Positions 50,483 to 64,000 of a DNA stretch of 64,000 nucleotides are shown in pieces. Source of the stretch: Lineus longissimus. Its lineage: Eukaryota. The notes beneath the pieces were generated by a model. The model was given only the letters and a program-made list of their open reading frames with translations. It was not told where the DNA came from and made no database searches. The stretch lies in contig NC_088308.1 of NCBI RefSeq assembly GCF_910592395.1, forward strand, positions 1,798,001 to 1,862,000. Reading direction: 5' to 3'. A program made the position numbers and the translations under genes. How positions within the stretch are numbered: position 1 is the stretch's first letter; every line of letters begins with the position of its first letter.

Positions 50483-52549
50483 GTTCGGACACCTGTACAT
50501 GACAATAGTATGTAGATTGGTAAGGATATGTTAGCGAATATTCATTTCCTTTTACGTGGCAATGACCTTTATCAGTTCACGAAAATGATGAAGACATGAA
50601 ATTGATAAGCCATTGAAGCCATTAGGTGAAGATGTTCAATGAGTACGATCATTATCGATGTCGAAAAGAAATATTATCAAGGATTGGAAACGAGTCAGCC
50701 ACAGATTCTAGAAACACCTACCTGCGGTATAGTTCTCTTAGGCAGTGCCGGCGAGGCTGTGGGCTCAATTTCCAAAAGGTCAGAATATGTTCGAGATGGA
50801 TTAAAAGGCAAAATCCACAGTATATGTGTCTAGGCTAAAACTGAATCCACGGTACCCCATCACAGTATATCGGAGATCATGTGTATCCCCGTCCACGATG
50901 AGTGTTTAACACCCCATTACTGGCTCCTCACATCGATCCTACCAGTAATTGATAAATCTTCATACATTCGATTATAGATTTTACTCTCTAGTCATCTGTC
51001 GCTAGGCCAGCCCAAATGTTTCCCTGTTTATAGCTGGTTATATCATGTTTGTCTGCCAAAAGATATTTTACGTTCATGTCTCCTCAAATGTCGACTGGCA
51101 CATGAATGGGACGCAGTCATTAGCTGATAGAAGAACAAGTTGCACTGCAATGAAAGCTAGCGAATGTTAGATTGGTTGGTGTGAGGTGATAGGGACATCC
51201 TGGACTAACATGCCATACCAGTCGCTACAATAAACAACTAGGATTTTCACTCCCAGCCTCACCCCAAATCCAAAACATCCACCCCAGTTTGCATTATTGA
51301 TCTACCGAACCTCTAAAGGTGTTTGGCGCGAGGTTTATCCTGACGAATCGTCTATGGAAGTTACATATTTCCGGTATAGGTGGCACTGGTAGGAGACAGT
51401 TGATTCTGGCAAGGTTCTTTCTGCTGCCGTGCATATAAGTTCAGTTGGATCAACGTGATTGGGAATAAAGATTTCACAAAAGGTGACATCTTCTTAAATA
51501 TTCCATCGGGTGGTCTGAGGTTGAAAAGCTGTAAGCCTACTTGGAGCCTGCATGCGATACAAATTAGAAGTCGTCTGTGACTGTGTTGAGTTGTATTGTT
51601 GATTGTACCAACTTGAACCAATGAAGTGGGATGACCCTATTGATTTCATATGTCGAGTCCCACTTCGTAATACTTCTGTGTCTAATCATCATTTTGATCC
51701 TGACAAGGATCTCCAAGCTGTCGTGCAGAGTTTACTTGGATCAACGTGAAACCCTGGCAAAACTGGCACTGAAAAAATCGTGCGTCAGACAATGTCCGAA
51801 TGAGATTATCAGATGGCAAGCCATGGAACTTGAGAAGCGATATTCCGGCATCAACAGACGATCAACAGAAAGTCAACAGTTTACCCCTACTCGATTCCTG
51901 TGTACTGAAATCAGTTTACCGAGGTTAAGCCGATAATGATGAATTGATAAGAGAACAAGAAATCTGTATCAGAATCAATTTTATTTTGCAAGATGTTTTT
52001 TTTATGCCGTACACAAGCTGTAAATGGTATGGCATAAACTTTTAAAGTTTTACCATTTATCGCAGCACTCATGAAACTTGGATAAGCTTGTGATTCGGCG
52101 GACAAAATAAATAAATAAAGTTACGCCATTGGTCCACTACGGTATATACATGTACTTGTACTACTTTTAGTTTCACCGATACCGCTTCTTTGATTATATA
52201 ATACATAATTTGCGAACGTTCAAATCAACAGCTGAAAAGTCATCTTACCAATGCTTTATGCTCGTTGACACTAGGGCAGTTGAATTCCAAGATGTCCGGA
52301 AGTTAACTTCTCACTATCGGATCCAAGGGCCTGAAAACAGCCTTGTGGATTTCTTTTTTTAGGGACACTCTGTAACTCTGCAGTTACCAGCGTTGCATTA
52401 GTAGTTTGCTTTTCGTAGTTAGCTGTCGCAATGTCAGTTTTAAAATTAGCACCATGTCGAAAAAATACATTTAAAGCTGAACAGTTCGTATGAATCATTT
52501 GCTGAATGTTGTTTTCTATAGCACTGAGTTGAATCTAAAGAGTATTTCA

Positions 52550-54881
52550 TCATACACATCCACACTCCGCCGCCACCATCTGTTCATGATGTCTCACGAC
52601 TATCGCCTTGTCCTCATAGTACAACATACTGAGTGGCACCAACTTGCTCGGCACACAGCAAGGCGACCCCAGCTGGTCACTTCCCTTGGACATCATTAGT
52701 CCTTGCATCATTGCATGGTTTGTTGGATTGTAAGTCCGCTTGATAGGCAACGAACATTCACCGTAACATAATTTAGCATTGAAAACCTTTGGCTCAATAA
52801 TCCATTCTCCCCACCCGAGAGTTCTAAAGTCTATTTCAAACTCGTAACTCGCACATTGTTTCTTTTGCTTCTTCGCCTGTTTCCATTTTGAGCGACCTTT
52901 TCGTTTCTTTTTTGCAGCTCTTTTAACTTTCTTGCTGGTTGCCGCGTCACGAAATGCAGCTTTAAATTGTGATTTGAATAATTTTCCCTCTTCCGAGACA
53001 ACCAACAAAATGGCTTCATCATTGTCAACGTATGTCTTCTCTTCAACTGACGTCATTTCCTGTTTACCATCTAGGTCATTGCTTCTCCTTTCCCGCCGTC
53101 TGACAATCCGTTTTGGACGCAACAGCGTTATTTCCAGCGTGTCATTATGGTTGATATGTCTGCTTTCCCACTGGAGCACCACCGATGTTAGATTAAGACA
53201 GAAAAATCCGTTGATGTCATCCATATATGTTTTTACCCAAAACTTGCGAGATATTTTCCTTATTGAACCTTCTTGTAAGATGGCCGAAATCCGGTAAAAT
53301 CCCACGTTCTTGATATGGCGGGTCGGTCGAAGGCGTAATTCGGCTAACTTTACGGCACCTTTGTTTAATATGGCTCCGAGGTTGAATGCCAAGCTGACCT
53401 CGCGTCTTCTCAGCTTCTTGAGGTTAACTAAAAGATACAAACGACAGAACATTAATATCTAAGGAATGTTTTAGCTGTAATGTAAACACAATACTGACGG
53501 AAAAGCACGTGCTGTGTGTTTTCATGCCAGCATCATGACGTGTTTTGAAGCAATGTCAGAAAGAAACCCAGCAGAGACACATTCAATGCTTCAACAGTCA
53601 AGTGCCATACTGTCTCGTCCAAATGGCGTTGAGAGTTCAGAATGACTTGAAGCATATCCTCTTCTTTGAAAACAGTTTGTGGTCATGCAAGGGATGCTCT
53701 GCATCAGCTTCCCCATGGTGTATCGAAAATAATGTTTTCCATTTGCATATTTGTATGATTGCCAACAATCAGTTCATTTGCTACTTGTGGCGATCCAGAA
53801 TTCTTATTTCTTTCCATTCCAGTCGTTCAAATAATGACTGTGGCTTTGGATATGCACAATGAGCCCGAAGTCAAACCGACCTTTGAAATACTTTAAAAGT
53901 TGTTCACATGATTAACTGAGTGTTAAATAGACTGTTTGTTAGCACGGAATTTTATGGTTTCTTTTGTCAAAAGCTAGCAAAACATATGTAATCCATGCGT
54001 AAGAAGGCAATGGACAAATTAGGCTAAAATAAGTTTGATGGATTAAATTCCTCTGCCTTTGACAGGTAGGCGGACCGAGCAATTAGAAAGGCGCGACAAG
54101 GCTTTATGAGTTCCTCGATGGTTGCTTATTTTGATAGTTCCAATGGCAGACAAATTGTTCAAAAACAGTGGCAGTGCTATGCTTTTTCATCTGTGTACCA
54201 TGAACCATTGACAGTTCTAAGATGATTCTGACAATGACGGGATTTGTTGCTTCTTCGTACCAACTTGCCTCAGCCATGATACAGACATCTTTTATAGGCA
54301 ACGCGCAATACATCTGTCAACTATTCGTCCGGCGGGTTGCTAGTATCCTGTCTCAAATTACGCATGACGTACAATCATGTAGGTGGGAATTTGTAACAAG
54401 GTGAAGAATTCAAGCAATCCTTTTTTTACGCAATGAATTTTTTGGTGCAATTGTTGTGAGATCCCAAAGAAGATATCGAAATGAAATTAAGTGCTCCTGA
54501 GCCTGAATTAGGGACACAAAGGCATAGTCTCAGTTACTTACTTTTTGTTGGAAAAGCCCTGATGGTGTCTCCATAAACTGCATCATGAAGCCGCCCGTGT
54601 CCAGTTGCCTGTCGCAGGTCTAGGCCCAGGTTGAGCCGCTGGTACAATCCCAGGATGTACTTGGATGACAACCGTTGCATGTCCTGCTCCTTCATGCCGC
54701 GATCCTCCACCAATTCCTTCGACCATTTTTTGTCCACGTCGAACATGAGATCGTCCTGTCGGCGGCTTCGTTGCAGGGCCTCCTCATCCCAAATATCCGC
54801 ATAATCGATTCCTGATGATGAAATACCGTTTATAATAGCAAAGGTCAACATAAATATCACCATTAATCTAGCACTCTGCAT
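52550..54881 (-). CDS. nodal: Nodal (TGF-beta superfamily ligand precursor), 405 aa, two exons
   Basis: Exons 54542-54881 (signal peptide, KYILGLY..L..DTIRAF) and 52550-53427. The mature 7-Cys domain C..F.IDF..LGWGEWII.PK.FNA..C.GEC..P....PTNHA..Q.L..PCCVP.KL.PLSMLYYE...IVVRHHE.MV..ECGC carries the Nodal-typical PLSMLY and RHHE.M motifs. Confidence 0.88.
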
Positions 54882-57550
54882 CTTCTCTTTTTATAGGTTC
54901 ACAAATGATTGTTGTATAATGTTCTCTATCCAGTCAGTGAAACATTGAAAGCACATGAAGTCCGCAAATCTTATTAGTTTCGAAGCTGATCTTTCCGATG
55001 TTGAGCTGCTGACTGTCGTTCTTAAACTGATCGGACACGGAGGAGGTTGCCCCTAAAATATCTCGAAAATTGCTTTTGATTGCGGGTGTTAGATTATACA
55101 CCCCGGTTCAATGGCTAATAACTCATTTCAATGGCCCTTATGTTTCCAAACAATTTGGTGAAAGAAAAAACGCCGCCCCTCTGCGCAGTGTCTGAGCATG
55201 TATTAAAGAATGGAAATTCGTTCATGGAGATGAACGATCGGCGGCTCAGTCAGGCTAATTACCCCAAGTGCTCACAAGGGCAATTACGTGTTAAATGCCA
55301 TTGTCTTTTTGATTTACCCCAATAACAAATAAAATAATAGGCTGTTTACATTCACTCATAAAGAGTCGTATTTATTCCTAGGTTTACTAAATCCGCAAAA
55401 GTATTCTTATGAATATAAGATATTTTTGATCTTGCCGCATATGGGTTGAGTTAAGGGAACGGTAGTGGCCGCGTATTGTCACAGGCGTTAAAGATGTCCT
55501 TCCGGTCCGTCACGAGGGTTGCCCCGTACCTTGTGCAGGGCAGGTCAAAACCGTGGGAATTGCACCTTCACATGGAGTTGCTGAAGCCTCATTCTGATTA
55601 TACTTCCTTTAGTATGAATCGGCGGATATTTGATATGAAAAATTAACCTCTTTGATTGCTTTGATCATTGCGCGTTGGCTAGATTCGCTTGTAGAAGTTC
55701 AGACTTGCACACAGAGTGTTTGTCCATTATATCTATGCAGTAACAGTTGTTTTTCCTGACGATGGAATTATGTGTTTTCATATAACCTAATCATGTAATA
55801 TCATTACGCGACAGAAGATGCTCCGATACAATTTTAACAGTGTTACAGACGAGGCTCTTTTTATCCAAGTCCTGATATGGAATACCAGCCGTAAGACATG
55901 CGCGACTGTGGCCATGTAATGTCCATAGGAGCTTAACAATAGCCCATGATCGCATCTTGACCAGCGATTGTGAACCATATGGTCAGTTGATAAGACAATG
56001 AGTAATTATCTTATTAGTTGTCTACGCATCATACTGAAGAACGCACACTAGACACTGGGAACTGTCACCTCACATTTTGTACTGTCTTCCAGCAGGGGTC
56101 GGCGACAGCCTACTAAAAAATGCCGTCTCCGCTGGCTTGCCTGCAGCCCTCGCTGGTGCGCAGAGCAATGTAGATGACTGTAGTCTAGTTAAAGGGGTCC
56201 CTGCCGACGAAGTGCGTCGTTTGCTTTTGAGATCATCGTCTTTAAAAAAGGTAGTATCACGGATGTAGAGCAAAATCAAATAATCTTTGTGATACAGTTG
56301 TACACATCAGGCACGAACGTACACTTTCGTCACAACCGATATCTTTAGATGGCGTTACCAAATGGCAAATGGTTCAGCCAACGTTGAAACGCTGTTGAAG
56401 AAGCCACATGTATATAGGCCTGCATGCTTAGGCAAATGTTTTGCGACAATTTCATTATTTCTTCAGGAATATTTCCTTTGTATAGGCCAATAAGCAAGTA
56501 TGGATTAAAGAATCTAGACTTGCTGTAAGTTATAAACTTAAATGGAAATAATTGCTACAACATTCCGCCGAATTCATTATCTTCACTGATACAATAACTA
56601 GTGCACAAAACTTCCAAGAAACATATGTTTCCATCCAACAGGTCACACCTCTGTCCTGGTCACATGGACATAATAATAGGGCATTCTTTTGTTTCAAGTG
56701 TTAATTGTCCTAAACGCATGGCGTCCTCCATGTCATTACAAGCACTCAAACAAAATGTTGGCTAAATCGATATACGTTTTTAATGATCAAATTACCGTAC
56801 CTTTACCATAACTGTTTTTATATCAATATCCGAGAAACTTTGGCGGCGCCTCAGATGTGTTATAAGTTCCCCTCCCTTCGTTGCATGGGAAAATTCTGCT
56901 TGACGTTCCCACGATCTAATACGGTTACCCACCGTAACGTTAGAAACTTCATTTTTGCATTTATCCCGGTCTTTTTGTACCTTGATAGGAGTCATAATTT
57001 GAACACGATATGAAATTTTACCAGTTATAGTTATTGACAAATCGACAGCTGCAAGACAGATAGAAAATGCCGGCGACACTGACAGATAATAGATTATATG
57101 AATTGATGTACATGGAATCGAAACCCTCGGCCGTATTCTGATAGGAGTTTATGGTATGCAAGAATGCACATCCGAGGGGAGAGCACATCTGATATTCAAG
57201 AAATAAACGTCGAGCTGCACTGATCTATCGCGGCAGATTCGATTACAACATGATCTTGTATGTTGACCTTGAGTATCAAATCATTCGACCTCGATCTCGT
57301 CCCTTATCGAAGGTCAACAGCGATATTCAATAAAACTGATTTATTTCACTTGCCAAGTATTTTCAAACGTTGCACAAGGCCTAGATTTAGTGTTATTCAG
57401 AAAGTGATTGCTTCCTTGTGTTCATCCTTGCAGCCATGACTTGAAAACCCGACGCGATTTATCATTATTGCGCAAGTCTGAAACTCTAGTATCTGCTTCC
57501 TGATAATTTTTGGGACTAGTCCAAAGAGGATTACGGAACTTCATTCTAAA

Positions 57551-60500
57551 ATGTCTGATACGCCAACCGCGGAAACCCCCCTTATACAACATTTCAAGAA
57601 GCCATCACGAGGTAGGTCTTGCATGTCTAGGTATAAGTATAGGCTGTATTAGGGCTGTAACTTTGTGGCCTCAGCACCCCGAGAAATGTTCGTCTACATT
57701 GGGCAAAATGTTATTCCTCTACCCCTGGTACAATGTAGATTATTGCATTTTAAATTATAAGTATTCTGTTTGTTTTCTTGTCGCATAAGAAAGGGCCAGC
57801 CGGATTTGAAAAACTCCGTTTATCGCTGATGTCCACCATTGGCAAATTTCAGCATGGTGTCAGCAGCGTTATGTCATGGCATTCCTTGCCTCTCTGGGTT
57901 TCTTCAATGTCTATTGCATGAGGATCAACTTGAGCGTGGCACTGGTGGCAATGGTCAATTGCACACAGGAATACGAGGGCAATGCCACAACTTCAGAATG
58001 CCAAGCTGATGTCAAGGAGAACAATACCACTCCCGAGTTGGTAAGTGAAACGCTGCAACAACCTGCCGCAGCTGGCGACTGATCTTGATACGCCAAAACG
58101 TGGTCTATGCCCTAACAACGGGTGTGACAGTAAATTAGTCCCCATGTGAATACGTAGTCCTACCCTAGTCAGCTATGTTCAATGAGGTGAGAGAGTTTTG
58201 TGCATTCACGTCTGTTTTGAGTTAGTGAGGAGGGGTGCAGATCGGATCGCGATCTTTTAATATAATCTTGTTCTCGAGCAGGCTTCTTCTCCGGAGTCTA
58301 AAAGCCCATTCACTTGGGCTGCAATCTTGAAAAGGGGCCGGGGCCAGGTGGACGTCCGTGATAAGCATAGTTCATGCCTGTGCTCTCTTGGACGAACCCC
58401 GTCAGCCTTACAAACCTATACATGTATACTATGGGCGTGGTCTTGTGTCTTTCTACAGATCTCTCAAATGGAGACGTAAATCCGATGGTAAGCAAGATCG
58501 GAAAATCTTTGAGCAAATCGTCCTTTTTCAGGTTGGGGAATTCGACTGGAGCCCAGAAACCCAGGGTGTCGTCCTGAGTTCGTTCTTTTACGGCTACGTG
58601 GTCATGCAGATTCCCGGCGGACTGATATCGGAGCGATTCGGTGGGAAGTGGCCGTACGGGCTCGGCATCCTGACAACCGGCTTCCTGACACTCCTCATAC
58701 CGCTGGCTGCTCGGACAAGTGTCAATTTCTTGATCGTTTTGAGGGTGCTTTGTGGCTTAGGGGAAGGACTCACTCCCGCAGCTTTGCAAAATCTCATAGG
58801 AAAGTGGGCGCCACCTTTGGAGAGGAGTCGACTGATAGTCTACTCTTTTATTGGTAGGTATGGCTTTTTAGGGGTCTGAACGTGTATCGTGGTAAACTGC
58901 ACAAAGTTCAAGTTTGTCATGTAGTAATGACATATTGCCTATACCGAAAACAATCATGTAACTGTACATGTACTTCAAGTGGATATCAGCAGCAACAAGT
59001 TCAGGTACCCAAGCCAAGTGGTAACAGGAACGATAGTTCAAATAAGTCCCAAAGTCGATTCCCAGCAACAGATATTTCAAATAACCAATGGGTACTACAA
59101 CTAGCATCAGCGTATCGTATCATTGGTTGCAAAACCGTTCGGAACCCGGTATATGGCTTGCATGACCACATCTCTAATAAATTGTCTGTAGCAAGGCCAA
59201 ACGATAGTCTTTGTTTTGCAGGAGGACAATTTGGTACGATTGTAGCCATGCCCGTCTCGGGACTCCTATGTCATTATGGGTTTGCAGGAGGTTGGCCATC
59301 CGTGTTCTATGTTTTCGGTACTCTCGCCTGTTTATGGTTCATATTATGGGCGTGTCTTGTTCACAGTTCTCCAGATGAACACCCAAGAATATCCGAAAAA
59401 GAGAGGACGTACATCAATAGTTCTATTGGCGATACCAAGAAGGTGTGTACAAGTACATGTACATTTTGTATGCACTGTCACTCGGGCTTTTACGAAGTCA
59501 GCCTCCTCGTCATAACGGCTTTGAAAGGTCGTATACTCTGCTAACCATTACCCTAACCTTAAAAAAAGTCGAAGTCCAAAAAAATATTTTCACAGGTTTT
59601 TTTGTTTTCTGCTCAAAATGAACCAACATCATCAGTCCCAAAACTTTTTTGACTTTGAAGGTTTTTCAAAATTTTCAACTGACTGAAAGTTGAAAAAATT
59701 TCTAAGTCCAAATTTTGTTTTCACTGGTTTTTTCCCCAAATTTTTTTGGGTTGATGTGCAATGCAGTGATTGTTTTTCTTTGTCGTGGTGCGGCGTGGAA
59801 TGTCACTCCATCGGGCGATTGTTGTATGTACGTCTAAGAGCTAACTTGAAATTATCTACTTCAGAGTGCTTCAGGCCAAGCCCCATGGCTGCTTATCTTG
59901 ACGTGTCCTTTTGTCTGGTCACTGTCCCTGGTTCAGACTGGCATCTCATACATCTACTATACCATTCTCACAGACCTTCCCACGTTTATGGAAACTATAC
60001 TCCACTTCAAAATCAACGAGGTAGTACCAGTTCTTTAAACTTTTTTATCTTAAATGTTCAATCTGCATGAGTTCTTCTTCATAATGTTAGTTGTTCAATG
60101 ACCATTGAAATAAAGACTAGAAATACTTGTCCCTGTAGCTTCGACATCATCGTGCTCGGCGCTGGAACAAGCCTTTTGGCCACATGTAATATATCTATCA
60201 GGAATTGTAGCCCTGTAGTATGGTACCTTGATAGAAGATTAGAAAATGATCCAGATTTCCGTGTACATGTATATGTAATGAGCTATCGTGCACAGTCATC
60301 CTTTAAGTGTTGCCGAATTTCATGTAGGGATTCGTTAAATATTCGCTCCGTGATTGGTTTGGTACCTTTGAAGTATAGGGCTCTTTATGTACTTGTAACA
60401 ACGATTGCCTCCCTTCCAGAATAGTCTCCTGTCCGCTATTCCCTACACACTCTATGCGGTACTTGGACTAACATCTGGGCCTCTTGCTGACTGGCTCATC

Positions 60501-61987
60501 TCAGGTCACATGATGTACACCATCAATGTTAGGAGAATATTCACGGCCGTCGGTAAGTGCCAAGACTCTTCTTCTGCACTTCGGAGGAAGCACATGTACA
60601 ACTGATCCCACCGTTCTGATCTTAAGAGTGCATGAATGTCAGTTCCCCTTTCTGCGCGGTCATTTTCGATTGTAACCCTTATCATGATTTATCAAGCAGT
60701 ATGCCGGTGTAGGCCTATCGACTCCATGGAACCTGTTTCGTGGGGGTCGATGTTATCAAGATTTGCCCTGATAACCCTTTGATAAGACAGCAGAACAATG
60801 GGAATTTAGGCCAAGGGGCGAGCGGGCTTTGTTTAAAGACAGTAGACCGTGTATTGGGGTTTGCTTGAATACTCTGAACCGCGAGGCGAGGGCACATAAC
60901 GTCATGACTGAAGAAAGAGGCTTCAACCTCTGTTCATATTGGATCGTCATTTCAGGAGTGGTGATCCCTTCCGCGGCCATCATAGCAGCTGGATACATAG
61001 GATGTAACTATTACCTGGGCGTTGCCCTTCTGACCATCAGCACCGGGTTCCTGGCTTTTGCCCTGCCAGGATATATCGCAAATATGATAGACTTTGCACC
61101 GAATTATGCAGGTAAGCGTTTTAGATAACGCCAGTACAGCGAGTTCCTTGGAGTTGAATTGCGAATCAGTATGCAGTGTACACACCAAAGGCCGAAATAA
61201 TGTCATCAGTCATGGACGAATATACATGTTTATATGCGTAAAGCTAAAATTGGGCTTATCGTCTCCCACGAGCAATAGGCCTAGTTGGCATGAAGCCACA
61301 TATCTCGTAGCCTTCATATCGTTTTGCTATCCCTCCATGCAGGTGAGGTGGATGTCATCTCAAGGCGAGTGACTCAGCGTATATGTCAATAGCCGAATTA
61401 AAACAATCTGCAAGTACATGACTGTGATGTTGCAATCTTTCAGGGAGCATCATGGGCTTCATTAACACGTTTGGGACGATAGCCGGGATAGTTGCACCCG
61501 TTGTGGTGGGGATATTTACATCAAAAGAAGTAAGTTACATATTTCACCCTACTCTTATGCTGTGGTTCAATGGTTATATAGTATGGATTTACGGCAAGAG
61601 CGACCACGGCCATAGATTCCGATCATCAGAAGATCACTTTCACACACCGGCGCCTCTAAACTCCATCAAGTAATACGCTGATGCGTTGTCCCATTTTGAC
61701 CAGAAATATACTTTGACTGCTGTGAGTAACATAACATGCACACGGATACCTTATCTGTTTCGCTGTATTGCCTCTCATTTCAGCAAAACTTACTGCAGTG
61801 GCGAGTCATCTTCCTCGTCGCCGGTGTCTTCAATGTTGCTAGCGCACTACCTTATTTTATCTTCGCGAAACCCGGTAGGGCGGCTTGGAGTGTCAACGAG
61901 GAATCACCGCAAATGACAGAAACAGTGACTGCAAGACAGGCGAGCCTTCATACGAGAAAGGACGACAGCCCCGCCAGCACTTCTTGA
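57551..61987 (+). CDS. Sialin-like SLC17 anion transporter (MFS), 508 aa, nine coding exons
   Basis: Exons 57551-57611, 57853-58040, 58532-58853, 59222-59442, 59865-60020, 60420-60552, 60956-61111, 61444-61529, 61784-61987 (1527 nt, in frame). SLC17 motifs RINLSVALVAMV, FDWSPETQGVVLSSFFYGY..QIPGG, WAPPLERSRL, GGWPSVFYVFG, HPRISEKER, DFAPNYAG.IMG..NTFGTI.GIV.P; N-terminal TPLI dileucine-like signal. Exact SLC17 paralog not assignable. Confidence 0.93.
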
Positions 61988-62559
61988 CGTTGAAATCAAC
62001 GAACTAAATGTCTGGGTGTCAGAATTTACTTACATGTATTCCACAAATTGAAGAATTTGAAGAATTTGAACCTGGACATGTACTGGGTCTGTTAAAAACA
62101 TGATTCATTTTCAAAATGGAACAGCTTGAAATCTGTATCATTAATAACCTGTAGTGTTATCAAATCCTTGTATTATATTCAAGTTCAAGAGAAAGGGGAT
62201 TTGGCAACGGCAGAAACAATGTGTTGAGAAGAGAAAAGGTTTACTTTTTACACAATTGCAGTGGATACATGTATCATGCACTTTAATTCAAAAACACTAT
62301 CGATGAGAGCTGAGGCAAGCATGTCCCTCTTGCCACCGAGCCGATCCTTCAATCTGTATTGGCGGCGCATCAGCCGGGAGCATCACCAACATCAGAAATC
62401 GTTGTGTGCTCAAGTTGTAATGATAGAGCAGTAACAGCTGTAGCTCACGTCCGTTTCTCATCAAGTTGACTTCAGTCCTTTAGTGTATTACACGGCAACC
62501 CACACAATATACACGTGGAATTCTTGTCAGCAAAGCTGTAGAATTTGGAACGAACCACC

Positions 62560-64000
62560 GCAATCAGGTTGTATTTTCGTGGAAGACGGGCGCAATGAGA
62601 AATCGGGGCGACTTGGTCCCGAAGGATTAGATTCCGGGTCCCTTGATTACATTCTCTCGGTGTAACGAAATGATCAGAAGTAACTTGAGCAGACAACCTA
62701 GAAGTTCTGCAACTATAGTCCAAACAATTGGTGACCTAAGCGATCGAAATTCCCGGGACGGAGGCAGCATTTGATTAATTTGGGATAGAATTGGCATTAA
62801 CTGCAGCTGAGCAGTGACACCCCTTACCGTTAAAGCTAGATTGTATTCGATTTGAAACAGAGAGTGAATACCTAATTTGTCTGATTAAGAATTGATTAAA
62901 AAAACTGATCGACCTGTGTTCGGGTCGATGCTACATTGCCGCTTTCAGAAGCCTTTTTATTGAGTCAATTTTATTTTTTGACCATTCTCCAAGCAAATTG
63001 AATATTGATATTCTCTGCCAGTGCTGACGTCCATTTACCGGTGTAAAAAGATATTGTATCCCTGGGTAGACATCCTGGTGATATCTTCTACTCTAAGATT
63101 ATGGTAATCAAAGACCACACATAAAGTATATCTAGCCATGCACATAATTCCTTTTCAAATGGCAGGGTAGGACTACGGCTAAAGAAGCACGCAGTTGAAG
63201 TCTTCTGTCTGTCACAGCAACCTGAAAAACATTCCCCGTCAGGTGGCCCTTGAGGTTTCTAGAGACACAAAGTCGGCCGGCGTGATTTAAGCAGTTGTTT
63301 TGACAATCTTCTCTAAAGTACCCGGCTATCCGCCGTGCCAAGACAAGCACGCTCAAGTATTCAAGCACGACGATGATGGCCCCCTCAAGATGGAAAACAT
63401 GTTTACAAAGACGAAATCTCGAGACAACACATCAAAATCAATCGCAACATAAATCAGTTTGGCAACAATTCATGAATAATTTGGTCTCCGTTGCGCCAGG
63501 AGTTGTTATCATGCCGGACAGCCAACAGCGCTGGCTCCAGCACTATTCCGGTGGGAGTCGACCATTTGTTCAAATCGCTCCATATACATGTCGATGGGAA
63601 TCGGTAAATACATTTGTACCAGGGTTGGAAAGGAGCGTCTTGAAGAAGAAAGGGATCGACCCGGTGAATAAAGATTTGTCTGAAACCCTTGATCGGAACC
63701 TTGCCGTCCCGCGCCAGGGGACAACAGAAGACGCGTGTGATATAGGTATTGACGTCCCAAGGATGTCTGTTTTGAACCAAACCATCCTCCACCAATACGG
63801 TGCTACGATTAATATCATTTTAAACCAATCGAATTGTAATATACCACAGACTGTAGAAAAAAACCATAATGAATGAGTGACATCAGTTTTTTACTTCTCA
63901 GCTCCGGAGATAGAATATTTTTACCAATCAGATTGCAATGCCATGTGTGAAATATGTTTCAACCAATCAGATAATAGGATGCATTTTCGGCACTCGCCCT
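62560..64000 (+). mobile_element. Possible degenerate Crypton-type tyrosine-recombinase transposon remnant
   Basis: Eroded look-alikes of recombinase motifs: LYFRGRRAQ*EI near 62570 (cf. FG.RG.E), NQSQHKS (cf. NHS.RKT), QIAPYTC..ESVNTF (cf. QI...TGH....S.N.Y); aaccaatcagat twice near the end. Weak, motif-by-eye only. Confidence 0.3.

Noticed and set aside
52344..52351. FoxH1-type motif TGTGGATT near nodal
   Set aside because: A single 8-mer in the 3' flank, not the paired intronic arrangement of the vertebrate asymmetric enhancer; expected by chance.
244..63818. Most short ORFs (60-160 aa) in the supplied track
   Set aside because: Intronic, antisense or out-of-frame readings with no recognisable motifs; the real coding segments are exons bounded by splice sites.

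Overview
Intron-rich animal genomic DNA, probably a lophotrochozoan/spiralian invertebrate (inferred from the myosin sequence and an intact Nodal gene). From left to right: (1) The 5' motor-domain half of a muscle myosin II heavy chain gene on the minus strand, running off the left edge. It has four clusters of duplicated, phase-matched exons that look mutually exclusive: P-loop/loop 1 x2, switch I x2, loop 2 x2 and the post-loop-2 helix x3. One intronic site (3512-3545) is complementary to sequences just upstream of two exons of the last cluster, a Dscam-like docking-site/selector arrangement. (2) A ~25-exon MEI1 gene (+), head-to-head with the myosin gene. (3) A 2-TM, PPxY-rich membrane protein gene (-), head-to-head with (4) WBP2 (+). 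(5) A gene (-) for a secreted Ala/Lys/Pro/Thr-rich protein whose C-terminus comes from a chain of symmetric phase-1 micro-exons that the ORF track misses. (6) Nodal (-). (7) A sialin/SLC17-like transporter (+). Also several MITEs, tandem repeats and a possible degenerate Crypton. All exon coordinates were read by eye from GT-AG signals and frame continuity. Identifications are from remembered family motifs; no database search was run.
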